Positions 37,552 through 47,397 of a stretch of 64,000 nt of DNA are shown here, in pieces (the first letter of the stretch is position 1; each line of letters opens with the position of its first letter). The translations under genes and the position numbers were made by a program. Source of the stretch: an uncultured Acidimicrobiia bacterium (GTDB lineage: Bacteria > Actinomycetota > Acidimicrobiia > IMCC26256 > JAENVU01). The stretch is taken from NCBI GenBank assembly GCA_963835005.1, contig CAWIEA010000001.1, positions 153,291-217,290 of the forward strand. Reading direction: 5' to 3'. Below the pieces are notes generated by a model. That model was given only the letters and a program-made list of their open reading frames with translations, ran no database searches and was not told the DNA's origin.

Positions 37552-39103
37552 CAGCGCGGGCTCGGGCCGTCGACCCGCACCGTGTGCAGCCGGTGCTCCT
37601 CGTCGTCGGAGGTCAGGCAGCGTCCACCGTCCAGCTCGAAGCGCCAGTGGTGCACCTTGCACTCGAGGATCCCGTCCTCGACCGTCCCGAACCGCTCGAG
37701 GTCGGCGCGGCAGGTGCGGGCAGCGCTTCTGCACGAGGTAGTCGCCGCAGCGGAACGTCTCGTCGCTGCGCTCCGACCGCGTCGCGTAGTGGCCCTCGCA
37801 GTACGCCATCCGCTCGAGCGTGAGGCACTTGAAGAACGTGTAGATGTACTCGTTGTAGGAGCCGTCGCGGTGGGCCCGGAAGCGGCACGACAGGAACAGC
37901 TCGTTCACCCAGTCCTCGACGTGTCGCTCGATGCACGACTGCACGAGCGCGCGGGCGGCGTCGATCCGGTAGACGGTGGCCTCACCGCTCCACTCGCGCA
38001 CGGTGCCGTTCGGGAAGTCGATGAGGACACCGAGGTCACCCAGGTGCAGCAGCACCGCGCCGCCGACCCCGGCCCGCGTGAGCGGGGCGACGTCGAGGAT
38101 CGGCTCCCACCAGTCCCGCAGCGCACCGACGACGTCGATCGGCTCCCGTGGCCACGACGCTCGTTCGCGTTCGAGCCACGGTCGCCAGTCGTCGCGGTAG
38201 CGCTCGATCGCCGCGCGCTTGTCATCGAAGATCGCGTCGGGCGCCATCGCCCCCGTCGGCTGCTCGATCGTGCACTCGCCGGCGTGGAGGGTCGCGACCG
38301 TCCCCGGCACGAGCAGCTCGCCGCCGGGCAGTCCCGCAGCGCTCGAGCTCGCGCAGGAACACCGTTTGGTCCGGGAAGATGTTCGCCGGGTCGCCGTCGA
38401 GGTCGTTGAACGCGGAGAGGTCTTCGTCGAGGAAGCACGGCGGGCCCGCGATCGGGAAGATGTGCGGGGCGTGCACGTCGCGCAGGTAGTGCAGCGCCCG
38501 CTCCATCTGGTCGGTCCGCTTCTGCACCCCGAGCCGGTGCTGCTCCTCGGGCGGGAAGTCGTAGACCATCGGGTACCAGATCGCCCCCGAGAACTGGGTG
38601 AAGTGCGCGTCGAACGGGCCCAGCGCCTCGAGCTCGTGGAGATCGCGCGGGCGGGCGTCGTTCTGGTTGAGCAGCCGGGCGGTCGAGTCGCCCAGGACGA
38701 GCGCGGAGTCCCCCGCGGGGCCGTCGGCGGGTGCCGTCATCGCGAGGATCGCGACCTCGAGCGCGCCGAGCTGCACGGGCTTGGCGTGCTCCGTGTGCAC
38801 GAACCGCCCGAACCCCAGGCCGCGCAGCGCCTGCTCGAGGTGGTCGAGCTCGTAGGCCGGGAGGAGGACGGTCGCCTGCGTATCGACGTTCGCCGTGAGC
38901 CATTCCGGGTCGTAGTGGTCGTGATGCAGGTGCGAGATGTAGAGGTAGTCGGGCGACGAGAACCGCGCCGGGTCCAGGACGTCGTTGCGGGGGAACGGGA
39001 ACCAGGAGGCGAAGTACGCGGGCGTGAACCACGGGTCGCAGAGGACGCTCCCGCCCTCCGTCTCCACGTACATCCCCGCGTGCCCGAGGAAGGTCACCCG
39101 CAT
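37551..39103 (-). pseudogene. MBL-fold metallo-hydrolase fused to a C-terminal Rieske [2Fe-2S] domain; two +1 frameshifts near 38337 and 37708
   Basis: ORF 38222..39103 carries MRVTFLGHAGM and YISHLHHDHYD (HxHxDH). The middle lies in ORF 36919..38310 (AGLPGGELLVPGTVATLHAGEC...). The hand-joined tail is RCPHLRADLERFGTVEDGILECKVHHWRFELDGGRC (CxH ... CxxH), ending VDGPSPR. Confidence 0.7.
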
Positions 39104-39126
39104 CGCACCAGCCTCCCACGTGCGCC

Positions 39127-39151
39127 CCGGACGCCCCGGAAACGCGTCCGG
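39127..39151. promoter_or_regulatory. Inverted repeat CCGGACGC-N9-GCGTCCGG in a divergent promoter gap
   Basis: It sits between the starts at 39103 (minus) and 39186 (plus). It is a different sequence from the CTGAC-N6-GTCAG sites. Function unknown. Confidence 0.3.
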
Positions 39152-39185
39152 CTAACTTCCCGAGGGGACCGAACAGGGAGAAGAG

Positions 39186-40110
39186 ATGGGAACACTCGAC
39201 GGCAAGGTCGCGATCGTGACCGGCGCCGGACGCGGCATCGGACGGGGCGAGGCGATGCTGCTGGCGTCGGAGGGCGCGTCGGTCGTCGTCAACGACCTCG
39301 GCGTCGCGCGCGAGGGAGACCCCGAGGGCAGCACGCCCGCGCGAGGAGGTCGTCGACGAGATCAGCGCCGCGGGCGGCACCGCGATCGTGAGCAGCCACG
39401 ACGTCTCCTCGTGGGACAGCGCGCAGGCGCTCATCCGGGTCGCGGTCGACGAGCTCGGCGGCCTCGACATCCTCGTGAACAACGCCGGGATCCTCCGCGA
39501 CGCGATGAGCTTCAACATGAGCGAGGACGACTGGGATGCAGTGATCCGCGTCCACCTGAAGGGGCACTTCGCGCCGAGCCGGTTCGCGTGCTCCTACTGG
39601 CGGGAGCAGTCGAAGAACGCCGACGGCGCGCCGGTCGGCGGGCGGATCATCAACACGGCCAGCGAGTCCGGGCTGTTCGGCATGGCGAGCCAGGTGAACT
39701 ACTCCGCGGCGAAGGCCGGCATCGCGTCGATGACGATCGTCCTCGCCCGCGAGATGAAGAAGTACGGCGTGACCGTCAACGCGGTCGCACCTCGGGCCCG
39801 CACCCGCATGACCGCGGCGGTCGGCGGCGAGTTCATGGACGCGCACGAAGGCGAGTTCGATGCCTGGGACCCGGACAACATCGCGCCCCTGGTCGCGTTC
39901 CTCGCCTCGGACTCGGCCGCGGACGTGAGCGGCCAGCTGTTCGTGATGTGGGGCGCGCACCTCTACCTGATGCGGGGCTGGAGCCTCGTCAACTTCCTCG
40001 ACGCGGGTGAGCAGCGCTTCACGATCGACGACCTGAAGGCGCACAAGGGCGAGCTCTTCGAGAAGGCGCCGCGCGGGAGCAAGATCCCGGAGATGGGGTT
40101 CGGCACGTGA
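39186..40110 (+). pseudogene. SDR-family oxidoreductase (MaoC-partner/3-hydroxyacyl-CoA dehydrogenase-like); one +1 frameshift near 39347
   Basis: GKVAIVTGAGRGIGRG lies in the ORF 39186 frame. One extra base later EEVVDEISAAGGTAIV joins ORF 39388..40110 (LVNNAGI, YSAAKAG). Confidence 0.8.
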
Positions 40111-41640
40111 GCCCGGCCTGGGGCGAGCTGCAGGTCGACCAGCTGCGGTTCATGGCGAACCGCTACGCGGGCGAACCGGCCTACCGCGACCTCGACGCCG
40201 GCACCGCGCTGACGTTCGCCGAGTGGGACGAACGATCGAACCGGCTCGCCCGCTTCCTGGTCGACCAGGGCGTCGAGCAGGGCGACCGCGTGTCGATCTT
40301 CCTGCCGAGCAGCGAGGCGCTGCGCTGGGTGGTCGCGTACGCGGCGACGCACAAGGCCGGCGCGGTCGCCGTCCCGACGAACACCCGACTCTCGGTACCC
40401 GAGCTGCAGACGATCCTGGGGCACGCCGAGGTCGAGCGCGTGCATCACCTGCGACGAGCTGCTGCCGAGTGCGCTCGCGGTGCGCGACCAGGTGCCGTCG
40501 CTTCGCTTCGTGGTCAGCGCGGGCAGCAGCAGCGACGGCGCGGTCGTGTCGTACGACGACGCCCTCCACACCGACGGCTCGGACATCCAGGTGCCGACGA
40601 CGCTCGAGGACCTGGCCGACATCATGTACACCTCGGGCACGACCGGCCTGCCGAAGGGTGTAGCGGTCCGGCACCGCAACGTCGCGACGGTCCCCAACCA
40701 CGAGCCGCAGTGGACCGGCTCGGGGTGGATCCACGGCGCGCCGATGTTCACGTTCGCCGGCATCGCGTTCATCTACAACCCGATGAAGCTCGGGTTGCAC
40801 GGGATGTACCTGCCGAAGTTCGACGCCGCGCGCTGGCTGGACATCGTGGCGAACGAGCGCCCGACGATGGCGTTCCTCGTCCCCGCGATGGCCGAGCTGC
40901 TCGTCGCAACGCCTGGCTTCGAGGAGCCCGACCTGCGCAGCCTCAAGATGGTGTCGATCGGGAGCGCGCCGCTCGCGCCGAAGACGCTGCTCACCATGCA
41001 GCAACGCCTCCCGGACGCGACCGTCTCGAACTCCTACGGCATGACCGAGGCCGGGCCCGCGTTCATCGTGATGCCGAAGGACGAAGTGACGAAGCGCATC
41101 GGGTCGGTCGGCAAGCCGATCGGCGGGATGGAGCTGCGCATCGTGGCGGAGGACGGCTCGGAGTGCGCGGCGCGGGACGTCGGCGAGGTGCTCACACGGA
41201 TGCCCGGGCGCCAGCGCGAGTACTACAAGGACGAAGCCGCGACCGCGAGCACCTGGACCGCCGACGGCTGGCTGCGCAGCGGCGACCTCGGGTACGTCGA
41301 CGAGGACGGGTTCCTCTACATCTCCGGTCGCAAGAAGGACATGATCATCCGCGGCGGGAACAACATCTATCCGACCGACATCGAAGCCGTGCTCCTCGAG
41401 CACCCCGACGTGCAGGAAGCCGCCGTCGTCGGCGTCCCCCACGAGGTGCTGGGTGAGGACGTCGCCGCGTTCGTCGTCGCGCGGCCGCGCCACGATCTGG
41501 ACGTCGACACGTTGCTCTCGTTCGCAGCGGAGCGCCTCGCCGACTACAAGCGCCCCCGCAAGGTCATCGTGGTCGACGAGCTCCCCCGCAACGCCACCGG
41601 CAAGGTCATGAAGCACCGCCTCGAGGCCCCGCAGGGCTGA
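40107..41640 (+). pseudogene. AMP-dependent acyl-CoA synthetase/ligase; one +1 frameshift near 40433
   Basis: GTG 40107 overlaps the SDR TGA (GTGA). The ORF 40107 frame runs to ...GHAEV. The reading then moves to SACITCDELLPSALAV in ORF 40480..41640 (YTSGTTGLPKGV, GYGMTE-like SYGMTEAG, GWLRSGDLGYVDEDGF, PRNATGKV). Confidence 0.85.
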
Positions 41641-41715
41641 GCGGCACCGAGCCGGCGCCGCGCCGGCCCGGCCTCGATCGCGCCGCCGGACCCTCGGCTA
41701 GCCTCGCTCGCCGTA

Positions 41716-41731
41716 CCTGACGGAAGCGTCA
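41716..41731. promoter_or_regulatory. Operator-like palindrome CTGAC-N6-GTCA (site 8)
   Basis: Sequence is CTGACggaagcGTCAc. It lies 16 nt upstream of GTG 41747, next to the AGGAGGG SD. Confidence 0.55.
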
Positions 41732-41746
41732 CCCAGGAGGGCGAGC

Positions 41747-42205
41747 GTGGCACTGACCGAGCTCAAGGGCACCGAGACCGGGAAGCAGAAGGTCCGCATC
41801 GAGCGGGGCCCGGTGCGCGTGTTCGCGCAGGCGCTCCTCGACGACGACCCGGTCTACGACGGCGACGACGCGCCGGTGCCGCCGACGTTCCCGTTCGTCA
41901 TGCCGTTCTGGGGCTCCCTCGGTCAGGGCGGCGCTGCGGGCCTGCCGATCGAGAAGCTCCGGGGCCCGGGCCGGGCGATCCTGCACGGCGAGCAGGGCTT
42001 CGAGTTCACGCGCTACCCGCGCGTCGGCGACGTGCTCGAGGGCACGACCACCGTCACCGACGTGTACGAGAAGGAGCGCTCGAACGGCGGCAAGCTCGAG
42101 TTCTACGTGACGGAGACGGCCTGGACCGACGCCGAGTCCGGCGACCCGGTGTGCACGTCGAAGTTCACGCTCGTGATCAACGTCCGCCCGCCGAAGACCG
42201 ACTGA
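41747..42205 (+). CDS. MaoC_N / FAS1-like hotdog dehydratase subunit
   Basis: Intact 152-aa ORF. It has PPTFPFV, LHGEQGFEF and a single hotdog-fold length. This is typical of the N-terminal-type subunit that pairs with MaoC hydratases. Confidence 0.7.
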   Translation: MALTELKGTETGKQKVRIERGPVRVFAQALLDDDPVYDGDDAPVPPTFPFVMPFWGSLGQGGAAGLPIEKLRGPGRAILHGEQGFEFTRYPRVGDVLEGTTTVTDVYEKERSNGGKLEFYVTETAWTDAESGDPVCTSKFTLVINVRPPKTD

Positions 42206-42215
42206 CCGCAGGCGG

Positions 42216-43025
42216 TTGAGCGAGGACCTGCCGCGCGCGGCACCCGACTCCGGTTCCGACTCCGACGAGGCGCCGGTCGTCCGGATCGGTGACAAGACCA
42301 TGCCGTACCGGCGGCGCATCCGACTGGTGGACACCGAGCCGGGCGTCGTGTGGGGCGGGCTCGAGGACGACTTCCACCACTTCCAGGTCACGCTGCGCCA
42401 CGACGGCAGCCACGTGACCGGGATCTCGATGCACGCCGAGCGGTGGCCCTGGGCGACGTGCCCGGACGCGGGCAGGAACCTCGACGCGCTCGTCGGGATG
42501 GAGCTGTCGGACCGCTGCACCGCGGTCGCCGCGGTGACGGACCCGAAGTGGAACTGCACGCACCAGTTCGATCTCGCCGGCCTCTGTGTGACGCACGCGG
42601 TGCGGGACGCCGAAGTGCGGCAGTACGACGTGGAGGTGCCGCCCGCGGCGGACGACGAGGTGAGGCCGCGCCTCTGGATCGACGGCGAGCCTGCGCTCGA
42701 GTTCCACCTCGCACTCGGCGGCGGCCGCGAGATCGCACTCTGCTCGCGCCGCCGCAGCTCCTGGATGCGCCGTGGCGCGGTGGGTTCATGAAGTGGGCCG
42801 AGGTCAACCTGCCGGCCGAGGAGTCGGAGGCGGCGATCGTGCTGCGCCGATCGTGCGACATCGGCATGGGCCGGGGCATGGACCTCGAGGCGATTCCCGT
42901 CGCGCTGGACCTGGCCGACATCATGACGGGCGTCTGCTACTCGATGCAGCCCCGTGTGATGCCGGTCGCGTTCCGCAACCGCGGCTCGATCCGTGACTTC
43001 GGCCTGCACCCCGACGCGCTGCTGA
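42216..43025 (+). pseudogene. DUF2889-like protein; +1 frameshift near 42735 and unresolved 3' end
   Basis: LEDDFHHFQVTLRHDG and ERWPWATCPDAG lie in ORF 42216..42791. The continuation PWRGGFMKWAEVNLPAEESEAAIVLRRSCDIGMG... lies in the ORF 42350..43600 frame. The stop at 43023..43025 is reached only if one more extra base lies in the CACCCC run. The end is inferred. Confidence 0.5.
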
Positions 43026-43040
43026 CCGGCACGCCGGGCG

Positions 43041-43913
43041 CCGCTGACCGAGGGCTGAGATCCGACCAGCTCGGCGTAGCGCGTCATGCCCTCGACGGCC
43101 TGGCGCGAGCTCGCCCACGGCGCGACCACGAGCCGCGTGACGCCGAGGTCCTCCCAGCGCCGCACGTCATCCCGGGAGGTGACCGGGCCGCCGACGCAGA
43201 TCTGGAAGTCGTGGCCGGACGCGAGCGGGCCGTTCGGGTCGTAGAGGTCGTCCCGGTAGCGCGCGCAGCTTCTCGAGCTGGGTTGCGGCGCTCTCGAAGG
43301 TGTGGCCCATGCCGATCCACCCGTCCGCGTCGCGCGCGGCGCGCCGGAGCGCCGCGTTGCTCTCCCCTCCCACCAGGATCGGAGGCCACGGCTTCTGCAC
43401 CGGCTTGGGCTCGAACGCGACCGCGCCGAAGTCGAAGAACTCGCCGTGGTGCTCGACCTCGGGGTCGCGCCAGAGCTGCTTGCAGACCGCGAGCGCCTCG
43501 TCGACGCGCCGGCCGCGGGTCGCGAAGTCGAGCCCGGCCGCGATCCACTCCTCCTCGAGCCAGCTCGCGCCGATTCCGAATTCGCAGCGGCCTCCGCTGA
43601 GGATGTCGAGCGTCTGCACGGCGCGGGCGGAGGTGAACGGGTGACGGAGACCGAGGTTGTAGACGTGCGTCCCGAGCCGGACGTTCGGGCAGCGCGCCGC
43701 GAGGAAGCTGAGGTAGGCGAAGGCGTCGAACACCGGCGAGTCCGGCGGGACCGGCGGGTGGTCTTCCCCCACCTTCGGCGACCGGCTCATCGCGAGCGGG
43801 AACACGAGGTGCTCGGGGAGCCACACGGACTCGTAGCCGAGCGACTCGGCCGCGTCCGCGGCATCGAGGTGGGACCTCACGTTGAGCGCGCCGAGCGCGA
43901 TGCCGAACTTCAC
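43041..43913 (-). pseudogene. LLM-class F420-dependent-type oxidoreductase; +1 frameshift near 43258; 3' end unresolved
   Basis: GTG 43913 has a GGGGAG SD and gives VKFGIALGALN. Motifs: YESVWLPEH, GGRCEFGIGASW, PPILVGGES. After ...QLEKLRA the reading AYRDDLYDPNGPLASGHDFQICVGG...VTRLVVAPWASSRQAVEGMTRYAELV continues in the ORF 41729..43165 frame. No nearby stop exists in that frame. Confidence 0.65.
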
Positions 43914-43929
43914 TGCTGCTCCCCGCCGG

Positions 43930-44712
43930 TCACGTCGAGTACGAACCGTCGGCTTGACGGTGCCAGCCACCCGCGGCGCGGTTGCCGCCGTCGACGTGGA
44001 TCGTGGTGCCGGTGACGAACCCGCTCAACGCCGGGTTCGCGAGGAACACGATCGCGGCGGCGATGTCGTCGACGTGGCCGGCGCGCGGGAGCGGGGTGCG
44101 GATGCCCATGTCGGTAGCAATGCCGGGCGTCGGGATCACGTCGGGCGCGACGCAATTGACGCGGACCATCCGGGGCCCGAGCTCCAGCGCGAGGCTCTTG
44201 GTGAGGTTGGCCTGCGCCGCCTTCATCGCGCTGTAGACCGCGAAGCCCGGTCCCGCCCGATGCGCCTCGATCGAGGTGACGTTGACGACCGATCCTCCGG
44301 TGTCCGGCATGAGCGGCACCGTGCCGCGGATGAAGGTCGTCACGCTGGTGAAGTTCTCGCGGACGAGCGCGTCCTGACCCTTGTCGTTGACGTCGAGGAA
44401 CGCGGCCTGGAAGCCACCGCCGGCGTTGTTCACGAGGACGTCGACGTGACCGAAGCTGTCGGCGACCTCGCTGAGCCACGCGCTGACCTGACCCTGGTCG
44501 CGGACGTCGAGCACACCCGGGAGCGCGCGCCTTCCGGTCGTCTGCACTTCGGCGGCCGCGGCGGCGAGCTGGTCGGCGTCCCGGTCGCAGATCGCGACGT
44601 CGGCGCCGAACCGGGCGAGCGCGACGGCCGTCGCCCGGCCGATGCCGGCCGCAGCTCCGGTGACGATCGCGACGCGATCGTCGAGGCGGACATCGTCGGG
44701 CCCGAGCGGCAT
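43930..44712 (-). CDS. SDR-family oxidoreductase
   Basis: ATG 44712 gives 260 aa with VAIVTGAAAGIGRA, LVNNAGG and YSAMKAA. The upstream 124 codons of ORF 43930..45084 are noise. Confidence 0.85.
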   Translation of the reverse strand: MPLGPDDVRLDDRVAIVTGAAAGIGRATAVALARFGADVAICDRDADQLAAAAAEVQTTGRRALPGVLDVRDQGQVSAWLSEVADSFGHVDVLVNNAGGGFQAAFLDVNDKGQDALVRENFTSVTTFIRGTVPLMPDTGGSVVNVTSIEAHRAGPGFAVYSAMKAAQANLTKSLALELGPRMVRVNCVAPDVIPTPGIATDMGIRTPLPRAGHVDDIAAAIVFLANPALSGFVTGTTIHVDGGNRAAGGWHRQADGSYST

Positions 44713-44739
44713 GGGCGGCACCCTAGCTACTGTCGACCC

Positions 44740-45538
44740 ATGAGCTATTCGGTCGAGGGCAAGCACGTGTTGGTGACGGGCGCGTCGTCGGGCATCGGCG
44801 CCGCGCTCGCCGAAGGGTTCGCCGCCGCCGGCGCGACCGTCGGGATCTGCGCCGCGGCGGGAGGACCGGCTGCAGTCGGTGTTGGAGAAGGTGCAGGCGC
44901 ACTCACCGGCGTCACGAATGTGGACCGTCGACCTCGCCGACCTCGACGGTGTGGCCGCGTTCGCGGCCCGGGCGTCGGAGGAGCTCGGCGGGATCGACGT
45001 GCTCGTGAACAACGCCGGCATCCCGAAGCGACGCCAGGTCACCGAGCTCGACCCGGCGACGGTCGAGGCCGTGATGTCGATCAACTACTTCTCGCCGGTG
45101 CGGCTGACGCTCGCACTGCTCCCCCAGCTGATCGCGCGCTCGGGCCGCATCGTGAACATCTCGTCGGTCGCGGCGCGGCTCGGCCCGCCGGCCGAGGCCG
45201 CGTACACCGCGTCCAAGGCCGCGCTGACCGGGTGGTCGGAGTCGATGCAGGTCGATCTCGCGGTGGCGGGGACGGATGTGCTCGTCCACGTCGTGAACCC
45301 CGGCGTGATCGACACCGACCTCTTCCACCTGCCGGACAACGACGAGTCGATGGCGGACATCGAAGCACTCCCGGTCGAGGCCATGGTCCAGCCGGTCCTC
45401 GACCAGCTCGCCTCAGGGACGTTCGAGATCTACGTCCCCGGCTGGTTCGCCGACGTCGTCGGCGGCCGCTTCCCCGACACCGGCGCCTTCCTCGCCGGCT
45501 CCATCGCCTGGGTCAAGCAGAAGCAAGGCACGTCCTAG
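44740..45538 (+). pseudogene. SDR-family oxidoreductase; one +1 frameshift near 44854
   Basis: ATG 44740 gives MSYSVEGKHVLVTGASSGIGAAL...VGICA. One extra base later RREDRLQSVLEKV joins ORF 44879..45538 (LVNNAGI, YTASKAA). Confidence 0.8.
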
Positions 45539-45551
45539 ACCCCACCTCAGG

Positions 45552-45598
45552 TTTTGGCGTCGCCAGTTCAGCTCCCACCTGAAGTAGCGACGCCAAAA
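45552..45598. repeat. Intergenic palindromic element (TTTTGGCGTCGC subfamily), left bracket of the DUF559 gene
   Basis: TTTTGGCGTCGC-cagttcAGCTCCCACCTgaagta-GCGACGCCAAAA. The 12-bp arms are identical to those at 46560..46606. Confidence 0.9.
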
Positions 45599-46522
45599 TC
45601 GGGGAGGCGCTCCACGAGGGCGCGACGGATCGCGGAGCACGCTCCGGTCGCGCCACGACGCAGGTCGAGCGCGCCGACCTCGATGGTCAACCAGCCCGCA
45701 GCGAGCAGCAGGTGGCGGCGCGAGCGGTCGCGATCCGCAGCGATCCGTCCCGAATGGAACTGCTCGGAGTCATACTCGACGGCAACGCGAGCACCGGGGT
45801 AGGCGAAGTCGACACGGGCAACGAAGCGATCGCCGTCCCACACCTCGTGCTGCGGGACAGGTTCAGGCAGACCGCGCAAACCGATCGCACGCAGGAGACG
45901 CGTCTCCATGTCGCTCTCTGTCGGTTGACGGTGCGGCTCGCGGGCGTCGAGCAGACCTCGGAGCACCGGACCACCCGGTCGTCCGGACCGACTCAGCCTC
46001 CGGACCGTCGCGTCGAGCTCGTCGACGGTCACGAGATCCTTGCGGAGCGCACTCTCGAGCGCGAGCTCGACGATGCCCGCGCCGCCGGACTCCGCCGAGA
46101 TCGAACAGCGTGCGGGCCGACGGTCGTCACCGGGATCCCCTGCACCACCGTCATGTCGATGGGCGCAAGCACTTTGCTCTCGTGAACAACGAGACCTGCG
46201 TGTCGCGCTCGACGCCACCGCGGGCAGATGATCTCGACGATCCTTCGATCACCGCCCGGCCACTCGAAGAGGGCGGCCGCGCGAACGATGTCGACGCGAC
46301 GGCACGGAACCCGCCCGCCCAGCAGGCCGCGAGCACGTCCCCGTGCCAGGTCGGCGGGACGCCGGTGAGACGGAACACGTCTTTGTGGATCTGCTCCCAC
46401 CGGCCGGACTCGATTCGGTGTTCGATCTGGCTGCGGGTCAGTCCGGCCATGACTGCGTGGCGGACTCGAAAGATCCCGTGATGCTGCTTCGCGTGCCGAG
46501 CGAGTGCGACGTCCTTGTCCAT
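45568..46522 (-). pseudogene. AbiEi-N/DUF559-type protein (common actinobacterial orphan family), split over three frames
   Basis: ATG 46522 gives MDKDVALARHAKQHHGIFRVRHAVMAGLTRSQIEHRIESGRWEQIHKDVFRL (ORF 46151..46546). The middle, AAALFEWPGGDRRIVEIICPRWRRARHAGLVVHESK, lies in ORF 46029..46604. The C-terminus, ETRLLRAIGLRGLPEPVPQHEV...ARVDFAYPGARVAVEYDSEQFH, lies in ORF 45568..46218. The last codons run into hairpin 45552..45598. Confidence 0.75.
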
Positions 46523-46556
46523 GGATGGGCATTGCAGCCGCGGCATGGGACACCAA

Positions 46557-46609
46557 CGATTTTGGCGTCGCTACTTCGGCTCCCATCCGAACTGGCGACG
46601 CCAAAATCG
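46557..46609. repeat. Intergenic palindromic element (TTTTGGCGTCGC subfamily), right bracket of the DUF559 gene
   Basis: CGATTTTGGCGTCGC-tacttcGGCTCCCATCCgaactg-GCGACGCCAAAATCG, with a 15-bp outer stem. Confidence 0.9.
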
Positions 46610-46610
46610 T

Positions 46611-46621
46611 GGGGGGGGGGG
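46611..46621. repeat. G11 homopolymer tract
   Basis: A run of eleven G lies directly after hairpin 46557..46609 and 15 nt from the gpmA stop. It is the longest homopolymer I saw in the window. Confidence 0.9.
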
Positions 46622-46635
46622 TCGGTAGCGCTCGT

Positions 46636-47361
46636 TCAGCCTGCTTGCTTGGCCACCGCTTCGGCAGCCGCGGCGGCGGCCTCCGGGTCGAGGTAGCCGT
46701 GGGACTTCACCGCGAGGTGGTCGTCGAGCTCGTAGACGAGCGGCTGACCGGTGCCGATGTTGACCTCGAGGATCTCCTCGGGCGTCAGCCCCTCGAGGTG
46801 CATCTTCAGCCCCCGCAACGAGTTGCCGTGCGCGGCCACCAGAACCACCTGCCCGGCGACGAGGTCCGGCACGATCCCGTCGTACCAGTACGGGAGCATC
46901 CGCGCGACGACGTCCTGCAGGCACTCCGCCCGCGGCATCAGCTCGGCCGGCAAGGACGAGTACCGGGGATCGGCCGACGGGTCCCAGTCCAGGTCCGGCG
47001 GTCGCACGTCGTACGAGCGCCGCCACTCCATGAGCTTCTCGTCGCCGAACTCCTCGCGGACGTCCTTCTTGTTCTTCCCCTGCAGGTCGCCGTAGTGGCG
47101 CTCGTTCAGCCTCCACGACCGCCGCACCGGGATCCAGGACCGGTCCGCCGCATTCAGCGCGAGCTCGGCCGTCCGGATCGCCCGCAGCTGCAACGAGGTG
47201 TGCACGATGTCGGGGAGGACCTCACGATCCTTCAGCAGCCGGCCACCCGCGACCGCCTCGTCGACACCCCGATCGGTGAGGTCGACGTCCACCCAGCCGG
47301 TGAACAGGTTCTCGAGGTTCCAGGTGCTCTGGCCGTGGCGGAGCAGGATCAGCGTCGGCAT
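46636..47361 (-). CDS. gpmA: 2,3-bisphosphoglycerate-dependent phosphoglycerate mutase
   Basis: Intact 241-aa ORF with [33 protein letters not shown] and AAHGNSLR. Confidence 0.9.
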   Translation of the reverse strand: MPTLILLRHGQSTWNLENLFTGWVDVDLTDRGVDEAVAGGRLLKDREVLPDIVHTSLQLRAIRTAELALNAADRSWIPVRRSWRLNERHYGDLQGKNKKDVREEFGDEKLMEWRRSYDVRPPDLDWDPSADPRYSSLPAELMPRAECLQDVVARMLPYWYDGIVPDLVAGQVVLVAAHGNSLRGLKMHLEGLTPEEILEVNIGTGQPLVYELDDHLAVKSHGYLDPEAAAAAAEAVAKQAG

Positions 47362-47397
47362 GGGGCCAAACTACGTGCTCGGAGACGGAGGTCGCCC

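Noticed and set aside
45568-46522. Active AbiEi/AbiEii toxin-antitoxin or abortive-infection module
   Set aside because: Only the AbiEi-N/DUF559-type gene is present and it is split over three frames. No nucleotidyltransferase toxin partner is adjacent.
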